Source of the DNA: Dimorphilus gyrociliatus | Taxonomy: Eukaryota > Animalia > Annelida | Direction: 5' to 3' | Length of the DNA: 64,000 nucleotides | Assembly (NCBI GenBank): GCA_904063045.1 | Contig: CAJFCJ010000005.1 | Location: 1,565,988 to 1,629,987, forward strand | Shown: positions 41,323 to 53,738 of the stretch, one piece after another | Layout: each line of letters opens with the position of its first letter | How positions within the stretch are numbered: position 1 is the first letter of the stretch | Translations under genes and position numbers: made by a program | The notes under the pieces: generated by a model | Database searches by the model: none | What the model saw: only the letters and a program-made list of their open reading frames with translations | Told to the model about the DNA's origin: nothing

Positions 41323-42527
41323 TTTGTCGTCTTCGACTTAAACGGAAATCTGATATAAAGGAAATTGAAAAAGGAAAATAAACAAGGGAAATAATACTGT
41401 TACAATAATAATAGCATTAGGTTAGAAAGAAATCTTTTAAAGCAAGACATTATGTCATATAGAAGACGTTCTTATTCATAATACTTACGTATTGAACTTA
41501 GCATTCGGATTATCCAACTATCAGCTAAAGTGGTTAGACACGAGCAGGTTAATTCTGCAACAAAGATAATTGCTTAGTAGCGAGACTAGGCTTTCTCATT
41601 GTAGATAAAAATAATATCGCTTGTTCGTGTATAACAGCGCCAATAAGTACTGCAATTAACACTTGAACCGTTAGTATATTGAACGTGGAGCGAGAAAAAT
41701 CGAACGTTACTATAGGAGTGTCACATGAATTTCACTAGTTCTCAGCCAGTTAAAATTGGGTACACAATCCATAAAATTTACTGAAAGCTAATAGACCGAC
41801 AACAGATGTGAAAAGGCTAAAAAATAAAGTTAAATAACGAAACAGATTGATCTGAAAGATATTTACATTTATTCCTGTTGTCTCGCGCCCTTGTCATTTT
41901 CGAAGACTAACGGATCTAAGGTATTATAGCATTATGATAGGCTTCATTTGATACGCTCTCTTGTTAAAAGGCTTTTCATATCCTTAATCGATCACATTAA
42001 TCCATACGGCCAGGTTTATGAGCAAAGTTAATCAATTTAAACGTATTCACATATGGAGTAGATAGATATATCGTACTTATTATATTTAATTCGGCATATA
42101 GTCAATCAGCGGAACATTAATAGTACATGTAGGGATTAAGTTTCTTTACATATTTTGCTTTATATATACCGTTGTTAGAGTGGAGAGAAAATGAAAAGGT
42201 ATTTAGACCTACCTTTGTCAAGACCCTTAAATCGTAATTTGATACTTTTGCAACAGTGGTATTTCAATCACTATACAATCAAAAGTTTATAGAGTGAGCT
42301 TCTTGAACAGATCCAATATCAAAGAATACCTTTAAGTACTTTTAGAATGTATAACATTCACTAACTATTGATAAAACACCTAATTGTTGTTGAATCACAC
42401 GTAATTATGAAACTTTCAAGTGAAATCGAACTTTTCGAAGCAATTGCAACCGGAAGTAAATATTTTTATACTACAATTCGAACAAACGGACTTTTCGTAT
42501 TTGATTTTCCTAAATACGCTTAATTAA

Positions 42528-42544
42528 CCGCTAGATGTCAGCAC
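42528..42544 (+). promoter_or_regulatory. CTCF-like motif CCGCTAGATGTCAGCAC
   Basis: Close match to the CTCF consensus, between the divergent CCP and ZNF-A starts. Confidence 0.55.
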
Positions 42545-42976
42545 TTTCGCGGAAGAAGCTGATCAAGCCGAGGAAGAAGTTTTCTGATATTAGCCGAAAT
42601 ATAGTAAGTAATTTAGTAGATAATGCCGAATTGTACGGCAACCTTAGATTTTTAGCCAGGAGAAAAAAAGTTGTTTTATTCATAAGAAACTAGACCATTC
42701 GGAAAGTTCCTTTTTATGCGGCCAATTTCTTCTACCGTTCAAAGTAGGTCATGATGGCGTCCTCCTTCTCCACGGTCGTTTATATTTATTTCAGCAATCG
42801 ATAAATGCTTCAAATAGAACATTTATTATCTGAACTCCCGATATATTGGTCTATTCTCTCCTCAGTCTTTCACTTTCACATTCGAGAGTGTGAGAATTGT
42901 TTTATTGCCCATAAACTACCCTTTTTAACATTTTCATAAGGTAATTTGTTTTCCCCTTTGTAGCTGTTCTTCTAAA

Positions 42977-44366
42977 ATGGATGATCTGAAGGATCTTTTA
43001 AGAAATCATATAACCACTGTTGTTTCAAAAATGTGCCGGCAAGTTCTTCCAGACTCTTTAGATATAAACGTTGAAGGTTCGTAGAAGGAGATCGCTTTTA
43101 AGCAATAGTGTTTCTATTTAAAAATACCTTTTGTTAAATGGGCTATTTTTTCTTCAATAGGTTTAATAGGAATCACTGTGGGCGGAAAAAATGTTCTTTT
43201 ACTACGCATAAACGACGACATAAATCGATGTTCCGACAGCGCAAATTCTAATTCTAATATTAAATATGTTTCAAAACGAAAGCAGAATCGAAAAGATATT
43301 TTGCATGATGAAGATAATATTTCGTGCCATTCAGATAACTGTCAATCAGCTGAAAATAAAGTATTAATCAATTTAAACAACGCCGACGAAAGTCTCCCAG
43401 AGCATGTCTCTCAAATGCTGGGTATGCCTTCCAAATCAAAACCAATTAATCGTGTAGTGGAAGATGTTGCCCAACAAATTGAATTGGAAGAACGAATGTC
43501 GCCCTTTAGAGTAGGAGACAAATGGCTATGCCAAATGTGTAATAAGCAATTTACTACCTCAGTCGCAGCCGTAAATCACATGCAAATTCATACTGCAAAC
43601 ATTCAAACATCTGTTAAAAAACGAGCGACGACGACGCCGGACAAGCAAATTGATTCTACAGACGATCCGGATAATTATCTTCCGGATGGACGGTTAAAGC
43701 CGTACGATTGTTCAGAGTGTCATAAACGGTTTATTAGTAGGTAAGAGCGTTCGGCGGTGCGAAACAAAATTTTCTAATTTAACGCTTCCTCTTAGAACCC
43801 GACTTCTCTGCCACCAGAGAGTGCATTCTGGCGAAAAACCGTATTCTTGTACTATTTGTAACAGACGGTAAGATTTAAGTATATAATTGACGTCCTTTTT
43901 TCTAATTAGCCAGACCCCCTACAGATTTACGCAAAAAGTTCACCTGAGAACTCATATTCGAGTTCACACTGGAGAGCGACCGTACGAATGTCCAGTCTGC
44001 AGTAAGCGTTTTAGTCAAAAAGTTCACATGCAACGTCATAATCGTGTGCATACCGGAGAACGACCTTATCAATGCCCACTCTGCCCTAGAACTTTCTCTC
44101 AAAAGGTTCACGTAAGAGGTCACATGAAAAATCATGCACATGAGGTGGACAAAGAGAAGATGGAAGAGATGGTAAGAAAACTTGAAGAAGAAGACGACAG
44201 GCCCCCTTTATTACGGGCTGAAATGCCAATGGAAGCCGATGTATCGAATATGTCAAATGGAAGTGTTAGTTTATCAATGGACGACGACGACGAATACCCG
44301 CGCTTACAAATTGACGAAAGTTTTCAATCCGTACCGGGCACAGGAACATTAGAAGAAAAATTATAA
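42977..44366 (+). CDS. C2H2 zinc-finger protein A (1 isolated plus 4 linked fingers) with an unnamed N-terminal domain
   Basis: Exons 42977-43079, 43162-43740, 43796-43868 and 43925-44366. TGE(K/R)PY linkers; fingers WLCQMC, YDCSEC, YSCTIC, YECPVC and YQCPLC. Confidence 0.9.
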
Positions 44367-45396
44367 GTTTTTTTTGTTTTGTAACTCTTTGTTTCTTATA
44401 TTGTTTTACATTGAAAAGACGACCAAATATTAAAAAAAAACTTTTTGTATTTTAAACTTAACCAACTGGAGAATTACTTTTATAATTGCGTAACTGCGCA
44501 TCCGCTTCTCGGGAGTTTTAAATGCGATAACAGAGTGGGTTAAAATTATCGATGCGATAAAAATCGGGCATACCAAGAACGCTTGAATGCTATGAAAGGA
44601 ATACGCACTTTCTTCTCCGCGCGATACACAATCTGGCAGGTAGCAACGGTTAAAGGTTTCCTGTCAGCCCCAATTCTTATGCAAATCAACTTGCTATGGG
44701 CGAGAGCGATCTAACAACCAGGTCCGTTATAAATATATATAGGCCAGTATAAGCTGTCATTTTGTTATGCAAATCGCGGCCTACGGCATTGGAATGCGGC
44801 TTGTACAGGTGCGCTGGCACCTGTCTCCCTCCAGGTAGGCCTACTTCTTTGGCCTACGCGGCGGTTCAATGTCAGTCAATTATGCAATATCGTCCGTTAT
44901 GTAATTTTTTCTTTGCTAACAACCGCTTGCGGTTGGCCTACTTTCCCTGGAATCTCTTTCAACCCTTTCCGCCATGAATTCCATTCAATGCATTGTTGAA
45001 CTCGCCTAACGGCGATGGAAGCTAAGTTATACAAAAAATAGCTACCATAAACACATCGGTGGGAAGAGTGTCTCTTTTTACGAGTCTCCTTTGTTTGACT
45101 ACCGACTAGTTCTAGTTAAATAAACAGCCTGTAAAAAAAAGTAGGCCAAACCAAAGGGCAATAGGCCAACTTCGTGGGACGCTATCAGTTTTTTTAGAAA
45201 TAATTCAAACCATACTAGGTGTTTTTGAAACTAGGAAATACCTAATTCTTTCAAAACGGAAATATACATTATGCCTAACTAGTCAGTCACAATATACTGT
45301 TCATAAAATAGCAGTTGGGATTAATTGTTAAAAATATTTGACTAAAACCAGTCTACTACTAGGAATGTGTCACGTGGTTCACATAGGACAGCTATC

Positions 45397-45411
45397 ACAG
45401 CGCCCCCTAGG
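45397..45411 (-). promoter_or_regulatory. Strong CTCF motif CCTAGGGGGCGCTGT next to an E-box GTCACGTG
   Basis: Near-consensus CTCF core between the two zinc-finger genes; E-box at about 45369-45376. Confidence 0.65.
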
Positions 45412-46563
45412 CTCGTCTAGAAGTTACTTTTGTCACAAGGCCGTTTATCGATAGGAACGCTTCCCGATTTTTGCCGTTGAACGTTAAGAATACGATGATA
45501 GTTTGGTAAGTTAACTTATAATTTACTGTAATGTCTAGATACACTAGATATTCGAATAATAACTACTCGTTAAAGTCGCCATGCCCGTTAATGGTGCAAA
45601 ATAAGAAATGCACTCTGCATAGTTTTTTATACATTCCTTACATATTTTCGGGCATTAAAAACCGTAAAGCGTAGAAAACTCGGATAGGTAAATTGATGGA
45701 AAATATGTGAACCCGTTGCATTAGATTTTATTATGCGCATTTTAAGAAAGTCCGATAAATTCTTGGTCAACCGGCGTGGCCTAGAAAATTTTTGGCGCGC
45801 TGTCAGCATAGTCGGATCGCGTGACAGCTGTACGGGATGCACGGAAGGGTCAGACTAGTTTTAGGCCTATGTATTTTTTCGCCCTAATTGCCAATTAGCG
45901 TCGATCGCGATAAGCCGATGGAAAGGGACTGGCAAAGTGGGAGGGGATTAGGAAGGCCCGGTATAATGACGTCATTCAGCCTATGATGTAACTCTTCCAG
46001 AGGTATTATAGACCTATTTTTTTTAAACAATTTACCGTTTTAAGTCGGCGGGTGAGAGTGTCGATGGGACAATAGACTACCAGTTAGGCTTGGGGTATTC
46101 TTACTTTCTCTACTTAAATAACATCATTAGCACAGTTTGCCTAGAAAAGCTCAAACTGAGTTCAATTTTTAGCTTTCGCAACGCCTGTGTCGGTAAGTAT
46201 AATTGTCAAGCTGAATTTCTATAAGCATATCCGCACCTGCACGATTTTCCTAGCTAGGCCTATCCCTGGCTTTCTTGGCGCCAAAGACACATCACGTGAT
46301 TTTCGGAATCTTGCAAGCATGACCTTTGATCTCGAGACGTTGTAAACCGTTAGCCGTCCTTCCCCTCAATTCCAAGTGGCCAGATGTTAGTGTAATGTGT
46401 TCTCGTGTTGTTTTCCGGTTTTTCTTGTCTCTCTTTCCTGCCTTGTTATTGTTTATGTTTTTTTCCATGCGGGTGCGACGAATTTGAATAGGCCTATAAA
46501 TAGCCTAACCGACGCTTGACACCCAAAATAATAGGCAGTTCTCATTTTATTTTCAAACAGATC

Positions 46564-47634
46564 ATGCTCGACCTACAGAAGCAACGTTTCAAGCATTTAT
46601 TGGCGAATGCCATTTTGGAATTATGGAAAAAGGAGACAGGATCTTTATCTTCAGTTTTAATCGAGGGCACAATATGTATTTCCTCCGGCACTGGCAGAAC
46701 AACAGTTATTCAGGTAGCCGATCATTTTATGGGCGTTCTCCATGATTCAGCATTGAATGCATCAGCTACCTCTGAACAACCCCTTCCTCTATATTCCGAA
46801 TCAACAGAAAAGAAGCATGATTCGGGAGCGTTTTCTGATGGAGAGAGTGATCTTAACGTAACCGACGACCCCGATGACGAGCATAAAGATGTGAATGGCA
46901 ACGACTACGACGCTGTTGATAAGAACTGTCGACGGGGAAGGGAGACGCCCCCCGCTACGCCAGCCGAAAAAGACATGCTACCTCTACACGCAAGTACCCC
47001 GGTCCTAGATTTAAGAAAAGATGAAGATTTATCAATATCTTCACCGGCTAATTACACAACACAAGTGCGAGATGTAATTAAGCAGAAATATCTATCTCAA
47101 CGACCCGTATCAACTCCACCTACCGGACCCGTTGCGCCCTGGTTCCTCCCGCCTTCTTCTCACCATCACCTTGCCAACGTCCATATGTTAGCAGCCGCCG
47201 CTGCCGCGGCCAGTTTACAACCTCCGGCTATCAAGAAACGAGCCCTTTCATCGCCTTTTATGCCCTATTCTCCACATCCGGTTTCAGAACCTGCTCATCA
47301 CCAGAAAGAAAAACGATCAGATACTTCCACTGATGAAAAAAGGTCTTACCGGTGCGAGTATTGCGACAAAAAGTTCATGTTCAAATCAAAATATAATGAA
47401 CACTTACCTGTTCACACAAATGAGAGACCCTTCCAATGCCACCTATGCTCCCGAACTTATAAGTACAAGTACGATTTACAGGTTCATCTCAGGACGCATA
47501 TGGGTATTCCGACTAAATCGACTATATGCCCATTCTGTCAGGTGAAATTCGAATCAAATAAATTACTCAGACAACATATTCAGGCGGAACACCGCGATGT
47601 TGGATTAACTAATGAAGACTCCGAGGAAAAATGA
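46564..47634 (+). CDS. C2H2 zinc-finger protein B (3 fingers, intronless CDS) with the same N-terminal domain type, a PVLDLR CtBP-like motif and poly-Ala
   Basis: Fingers YRCEYCDKKF..H, FQCHLCSRTY..HLRTH and ICPFCQVKF..HIQAEH. ATG 46564 follows an acceptor at 46559-46560. Confidence 0.9.
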   Translation: MLDLQKQRFKHLLANAILELWKKETGSLSSVLIEGTICISSGTGRTTVIQVADHFMGVLHDSALNASATSEQPLPLYSESTEKKHDSGAFSDGESDLNVTDDPDDEHKDVNGNDYDAVDKNCRRGRETPPATPAEKDMLPLHASTPVLDLRKDEDLSISSPANYTTQVRDVIKQKYLSQRPVSTPPTGPVAPWFLPPSSHHHLANVHMLAAAAAAASLQPPAIKKRALSSPFMPYSPHPVSEPAHHQKEKRSDTSTDEKRSYRCEYCDKKFMFKSKYNEHLPVHTNERPFQCHLCSRTYKYKYDLQVHLRTHMGIPTKSTICPFCQVKFESNKLLRQHIQAEHRDVGLTNEDSEEK

Positions 47635-48095
47635 ATTGCTTGAAAAACAAAAAAAATAGAAGCTAGAGACTTGAATGTTAAAAAAGAATGTTTGGTGCTT
47701 TGAACCACCCCTTCATAAATTTCTTTTTTTTTTTTCTATTTCCCCCATTCTTTTTTATTTCGTTAGAAAACTTATTGGTAGAATTTTTTTACATGTTGTT
47801 TTGATTATCAGTGACAATTTTCAGGTACTTGTTTACTTTATTATTTAGAATGTAAACTTTCAAATGGAATAAAGACAATTGCCTATTTTTGAGACTTAAT
47901 TAACTTTACAAATACTCAGTTGTTACTTAAAAGCTGTTTTTCGAAAACAACATTTCATCTTAAAAAACTTTTGCATAGGCTACAATCTGGACATCGCATA
48001 CATAACATTCTTGGAACAACAATGGCATCTTTCCGTTTCCGCTTCCGTTTGAGTTAAAATTTTACTTTTAAAAAATTGGTTTTTAATTTATTAGA

Positions 48096-51003
48096 ATGAG
48101 CAAAAATGATAAATCATCTAGAAAGAGGCAAAAATTTAGAAAGTATGATACGTTTCTGTATTAGGATGCTGTGTGATTAGTGATTTGTGAAACAGACCAA
48201 GCAAGAAAACAACGACAGTTAACTCTACATTGGTAACAAGAACAGAAGAGGAAACCAAAAAGAAGATGATGTCATCAATATCCGATATATTTTCCGAGCC
48301 CGTAACCGTTTTAGGATACGATCCCTTGGGTCTGGTTAATAGATTTTAATTGCTTTCAGCTTGTTTCGAGTGGGAGGAAAACGCCTGAATTAAAAGAAAC
48401 GCGTTTTTCAAATAGAAAGGCAAATATTTGGCAATTAACCGCGGAACACGAAGACAATTGCGAGGTAAAGATGAACTTTTCCATGGTGAATTATTTCACC
48501 GATTCCCCCTTTCATTTACAGGCCCAAACCAGCAAATCGTCTTTTTTATTGGCCAGTCAAACAGCTTTGATGTTAGCCGAATTACGTTCTTCAGACAACT
48601 CCCAATTTACGCAGTTTACAATGAAATCCTTACAGGATTCTCAGAACAATGACCAAACTGTTAGTAGCACGCAGGAGAATTGTATGAGGCAATTGGACCA
48701 GGGGGGAGATAACGAAGACTCTCGCTTCCCTCTCTCATGCGATAAGGGGTCGTGTTTATTTCTTGATGGGCAATATGACTTTGATTGTAGCGTTGATTCA
48801 GATAGCTTTCCGGTTAAGAAACCGGGTTTAAAAAAACAAGATCTCAAAGATAAATTGCTTCAAAAACAAACAAAGCAATTAGAACATTCAGTCATCGACC
48901 AAACATCCGCTATTCCTCTTTTAGATATATCAAACGAAAAAAGTAACGACAATGAGAACAATTCTATTTTGAATGACTCATTGATGGTCATTGAGGTGGA
49001 CGGGAATTCGTCCAAAACGGAATCAGAGAAAAAAAATAGGCGCATAGTGATACCTGAAACTCCTTGCGGATTCGAAAGCAAAATTTCTCACAATAGCTCA
49101 TGTAACAAGGGGAAATCGACTATAAAATATTTTCAAGCAATTCTTAACGAAATGCGATCATACATTACATCTCAAAATAGTGAAATCATAACAATAACTT
49201 ATAAAGGTGGTACTATGGAAAAAAGTGCACCGATGCAATATTTTTCTCATCAATATCCTTTTTTGTTTACAGTAAGGCTTAAATTATAATTTACTATCTT
49301 CCCATAGGCCGTTCTTGTATATCTGCATTTCAGGCAATTAACGAAAACACATTAAATTTATCAAAGTATAGCAGAGAATCCGTAGAATTCTTTTGGAAAG
49401 TTATTATGGGCGAATGTGATAGTCTTTACTCGGCATTTAGCTTTGGAAGTGAATTCATTGAAATTTTTAAAAGGTCACTTGCATAATAAAAAGTGTTTAT
49501 TGATAGAAATTAATGATTTGAATCTGACAGATACAGTCTGGAAAGATTGATAATAGAAAAGGATGGTGAGACTTTAACAGATCCTTCCGACGATGATAAT
49601 AGGTCGAAGGCGTTATTTGACGATTGTAGTTGGTCTAATAATACATGGGAGGCTTTAGCGGAAGCGTCTGATGATAGACGTGTGAACGAAAGTGTCGGAA
49701 TTAATTCCCTCCAATCTGAGGTCCGTTATATAATTAGTCTATTAGTTTATAGTAAATAAAGACCGTTTCAATATTTCCTTTTAACAACACAGATTGAAAA
49801 GGGAGAGGAAATTTACTTAAATAGCCCGGAGAATTATGAGGAAGATAGAGAATTTTTGACACATTCCATAGAATTTGATATGAAAAATACCACCCCTAAG
49901 TCTTCCAATAGCAATCACTTAAACACGCCTGTTAGCTGGAAGAATAGTAACAAAACAAATTCGCCGGTTTGATTGTCTAAAAATTAACTTATTGTTCAGT
50001 AACTATTCTCTTTTGTTGGTGTCAGATTGTCCCGTCACCTTTTACACCAATGCCTAATTACGACGAAATGAATACTCCGACTTTAAAAGTAAGATAGTAC
50101 TTCATCGCCAAACTGTTGCGCAACATTACCCAATTATTTTCAATAGGGTGAATGCAAGAGATTTGGAGTTAAAGGACTTCCAAAACGGAAAATGAAAACT
50201 ATTCTGAAGACTATTTATCACGGCACACATCAATGTAATACCTTGTTTCAAGTGTTCTTAAAAAAGATACTCCTTTGATCATGTTTTAAATACAGACGAG
50301 AATGATAGTACAGCAGGAGAAGAACTACCTAGTATTAATGACGTAACTTCCCCCAAGTAATGAACTCTCTAATGATCTAATTGTATTTGATTATTTATTA
50401 ACAATTTTGTTTAGTGTCAAGAAATTTAAGAAATCAAAAGCGTCTAAAGATAGTCAAAAGAAAGAAGGAACGAGAAATCTTAATGAGGTCTTTTGACCGT
50501 TTAATTAAGTAAATGTTTGTGTTTGATTTAACGAATGTTCTTTACAAAATTTTCAGAAGAACAAAGAAATAATTAAAGAAATTCGTAAAAATACTGAATT
50601 ATATACTTCAATATTGCATTACGAGGTTTGTTTGTATGGAGTATTTATTATGTACACTCTCTTTGTTATACGCGAAATAGCCGCATTCCATAAGGGATTT
50701 CTGTGAGAAACTCGACACATCTACCTCGCAATCTCATCTAAAGGAGTTACTTGAGCAACAGGTTTGATTAACAATTTCAATATATAAGCCGTTTTGCATT
50801 TCAGCAATTGTGTTGTTAAGAATAGCTTTAATCATCTATTCTTTATATTATTGAATATTACGTAATATTTAATTGTGAAAGATTACGTTTATATTTATTT
50901 TACTAACTGTTGATTATAAAAATACGGTTTAATAATACAATTGATTTGATTTTCGTTTCAGTGCGTGCATTACGAGGAAGCCCAAAGTGTCAAGAAGAAC
51001 TAA
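48096..51003 (+). CDS. SLX4: Structure-specific endonuclease scaffold SLX4 (BTBD12/MUS312-like), compact form
   Basis: Multi-exon. It has an MLR-like segment (LVTRTEEETKKKMMSSISDIFSE..IWQLTA), a degenerate BTB-like segment, a SAP domain (PFTPMPNYDEMNTPTLK..FGVKGLPKRKMKTILKTIYHGTHQ) and a C-terminal SLX1-binding-type domain (ELYTSILHYEP..KELLEQQCVHY). Confidence 0.8.
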
Positions 51004-51236
51004 GAAGCAGCGGTCAAAGGTTATCATAGCACTATTATGTATCATTACGCTGTATGCCGGCAGCTTTTTTAAAAAACAAAACAATATAAAATAGTTCTTT
51101 AATGACTGAAATTCTTGTAAAAGATAACGAATTTTCTTATCGAGTTTATATTTTTAATTTGCGATGAATTTTCGTTGTATAAAACTACTGCATATTTTGA
51201 ACTGAGATATTTAAAACAACTTAAAATTGTTACAAA

Positions 51237-51686
51237 TCAGTTAAATTTTTGGACGTGATCTCTGACGGACGATCCAACTTCGGAAGCACGCTTGTCAAAT
51301 CCCTCGCTAGCCTTTGCTCCTTTATCAAAGAATACCATACCGGCCACACCCAGACCGGCTCCAAATAGGCAGAAAAGATAAGCAAAGTAATATAGGATAG
51401 AGTGTAGAAGAAAAGCCGACCAGATCAGCAGTTGATATGCTAGGATTACTAAAACAATAAGAGCGAAAGATATTATTGAACAAGATATAATCCAATAACG
51501 ATGTGAAGCGTAGCTCTTATTAGGATGTAGATATCCATAAATCTTTGTAATAAGGGTGAAAATAATCAGGATGAAGTTGGCTAATCCTTCCTTGATCGGG
51601 TTGTCATACCTTTTACCGCATCTTTCGCTCAGCATGTTATTTATAGCTGGCGAAGGTGTTTTTGGTACATTCTTAGAATGCGGCAT
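51237..51686 (-). CDS. Orphan small multi-pass membrane protein (149 aa)
   Basis: Intronless ORF with 2-4 hydrophobic segments. A 5'UTR intron (donor near 51770) and its own ETS/CTCF-containing promoter at 51845-51890 support a real gene. Confidence 0.6.
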   Translation of the reverse strand: MPHSKNVPKTPSPAINNMLSERCGKRYDNPIKEGLANFILIIFTLITKIYGYLHPNKSYASHRYWIISCSIISFALIVLVILAYQLLIWSAFLLHSILYYFAYLFCLFGAGLGVAGMVFFDKGAKASEGFDKRASEVGSSVRDHVQKFN

Positions 51687-51875
51687 TTTCAACTAATAGA
51701 TAAAGAAATTCGTTTGATTATATTGAATATGATATGGGATTTTATTTTTATAGTATGTATGGACGGCTTACCTGTTCAGATAAACTAAAGTACACAAAAT
51801 CAGTTTGAGCAAAGGACACTTTTTTCCTGTCATAAGATATAAAAACAGGAAGTATGTTACCGGAAATATGTTTAG

Positions 51876-51890
51876 TAGCGCCACCGTGGT
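51876..51890 (-). promoter_or_regulatory. CTCF motif ACCACGGTGGCGCTA with adjacent ETS sites
   Basis: Near-consensus CTCF core; ACAGGAAGT and ACCGGAAAT at 51845-51867. Confidence 0.6.
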
Positions 51891-52097
51891 TTCGATATTG
51901 TTTTTTTAAGTTAAAACTGTAATTAACAACTTATTAGGATAGAATTAATATTTTATAAATTTTATTTTTTAAAACAGCTCGTTTTTATCATGTTTACGGT
52001 CATGTTAAGTAAATATAGCGCGAGGCTGAACATTGAAATGAACTCTGACGGATGTTGGCATTGAACAAATAATCCCAATACTAATCCTTATCAATGG

Positions 52098-53503
<1,406 letters not shown>

Positions 53504-53738
53504 ATTTTTCTTTGGTAAATGACCGAAAGATAACAATTGGCAAGAATTGAAAATTTAGAGAACTTTGATTACGTCTGCTACGGCACATGCGCAAAAATTG
53601 CGCCATTGCGAAAGGTTTCCGTTTCCTCTTTACCACGCTTCATAAGATTTTGCGAAACTTTGAAAAAAGTTTTATAAACTGGACTTTGATTATTATCTTA
53701 TTTAATAACTTTCGTTTAAGATTGTCTACAATTTTAAA

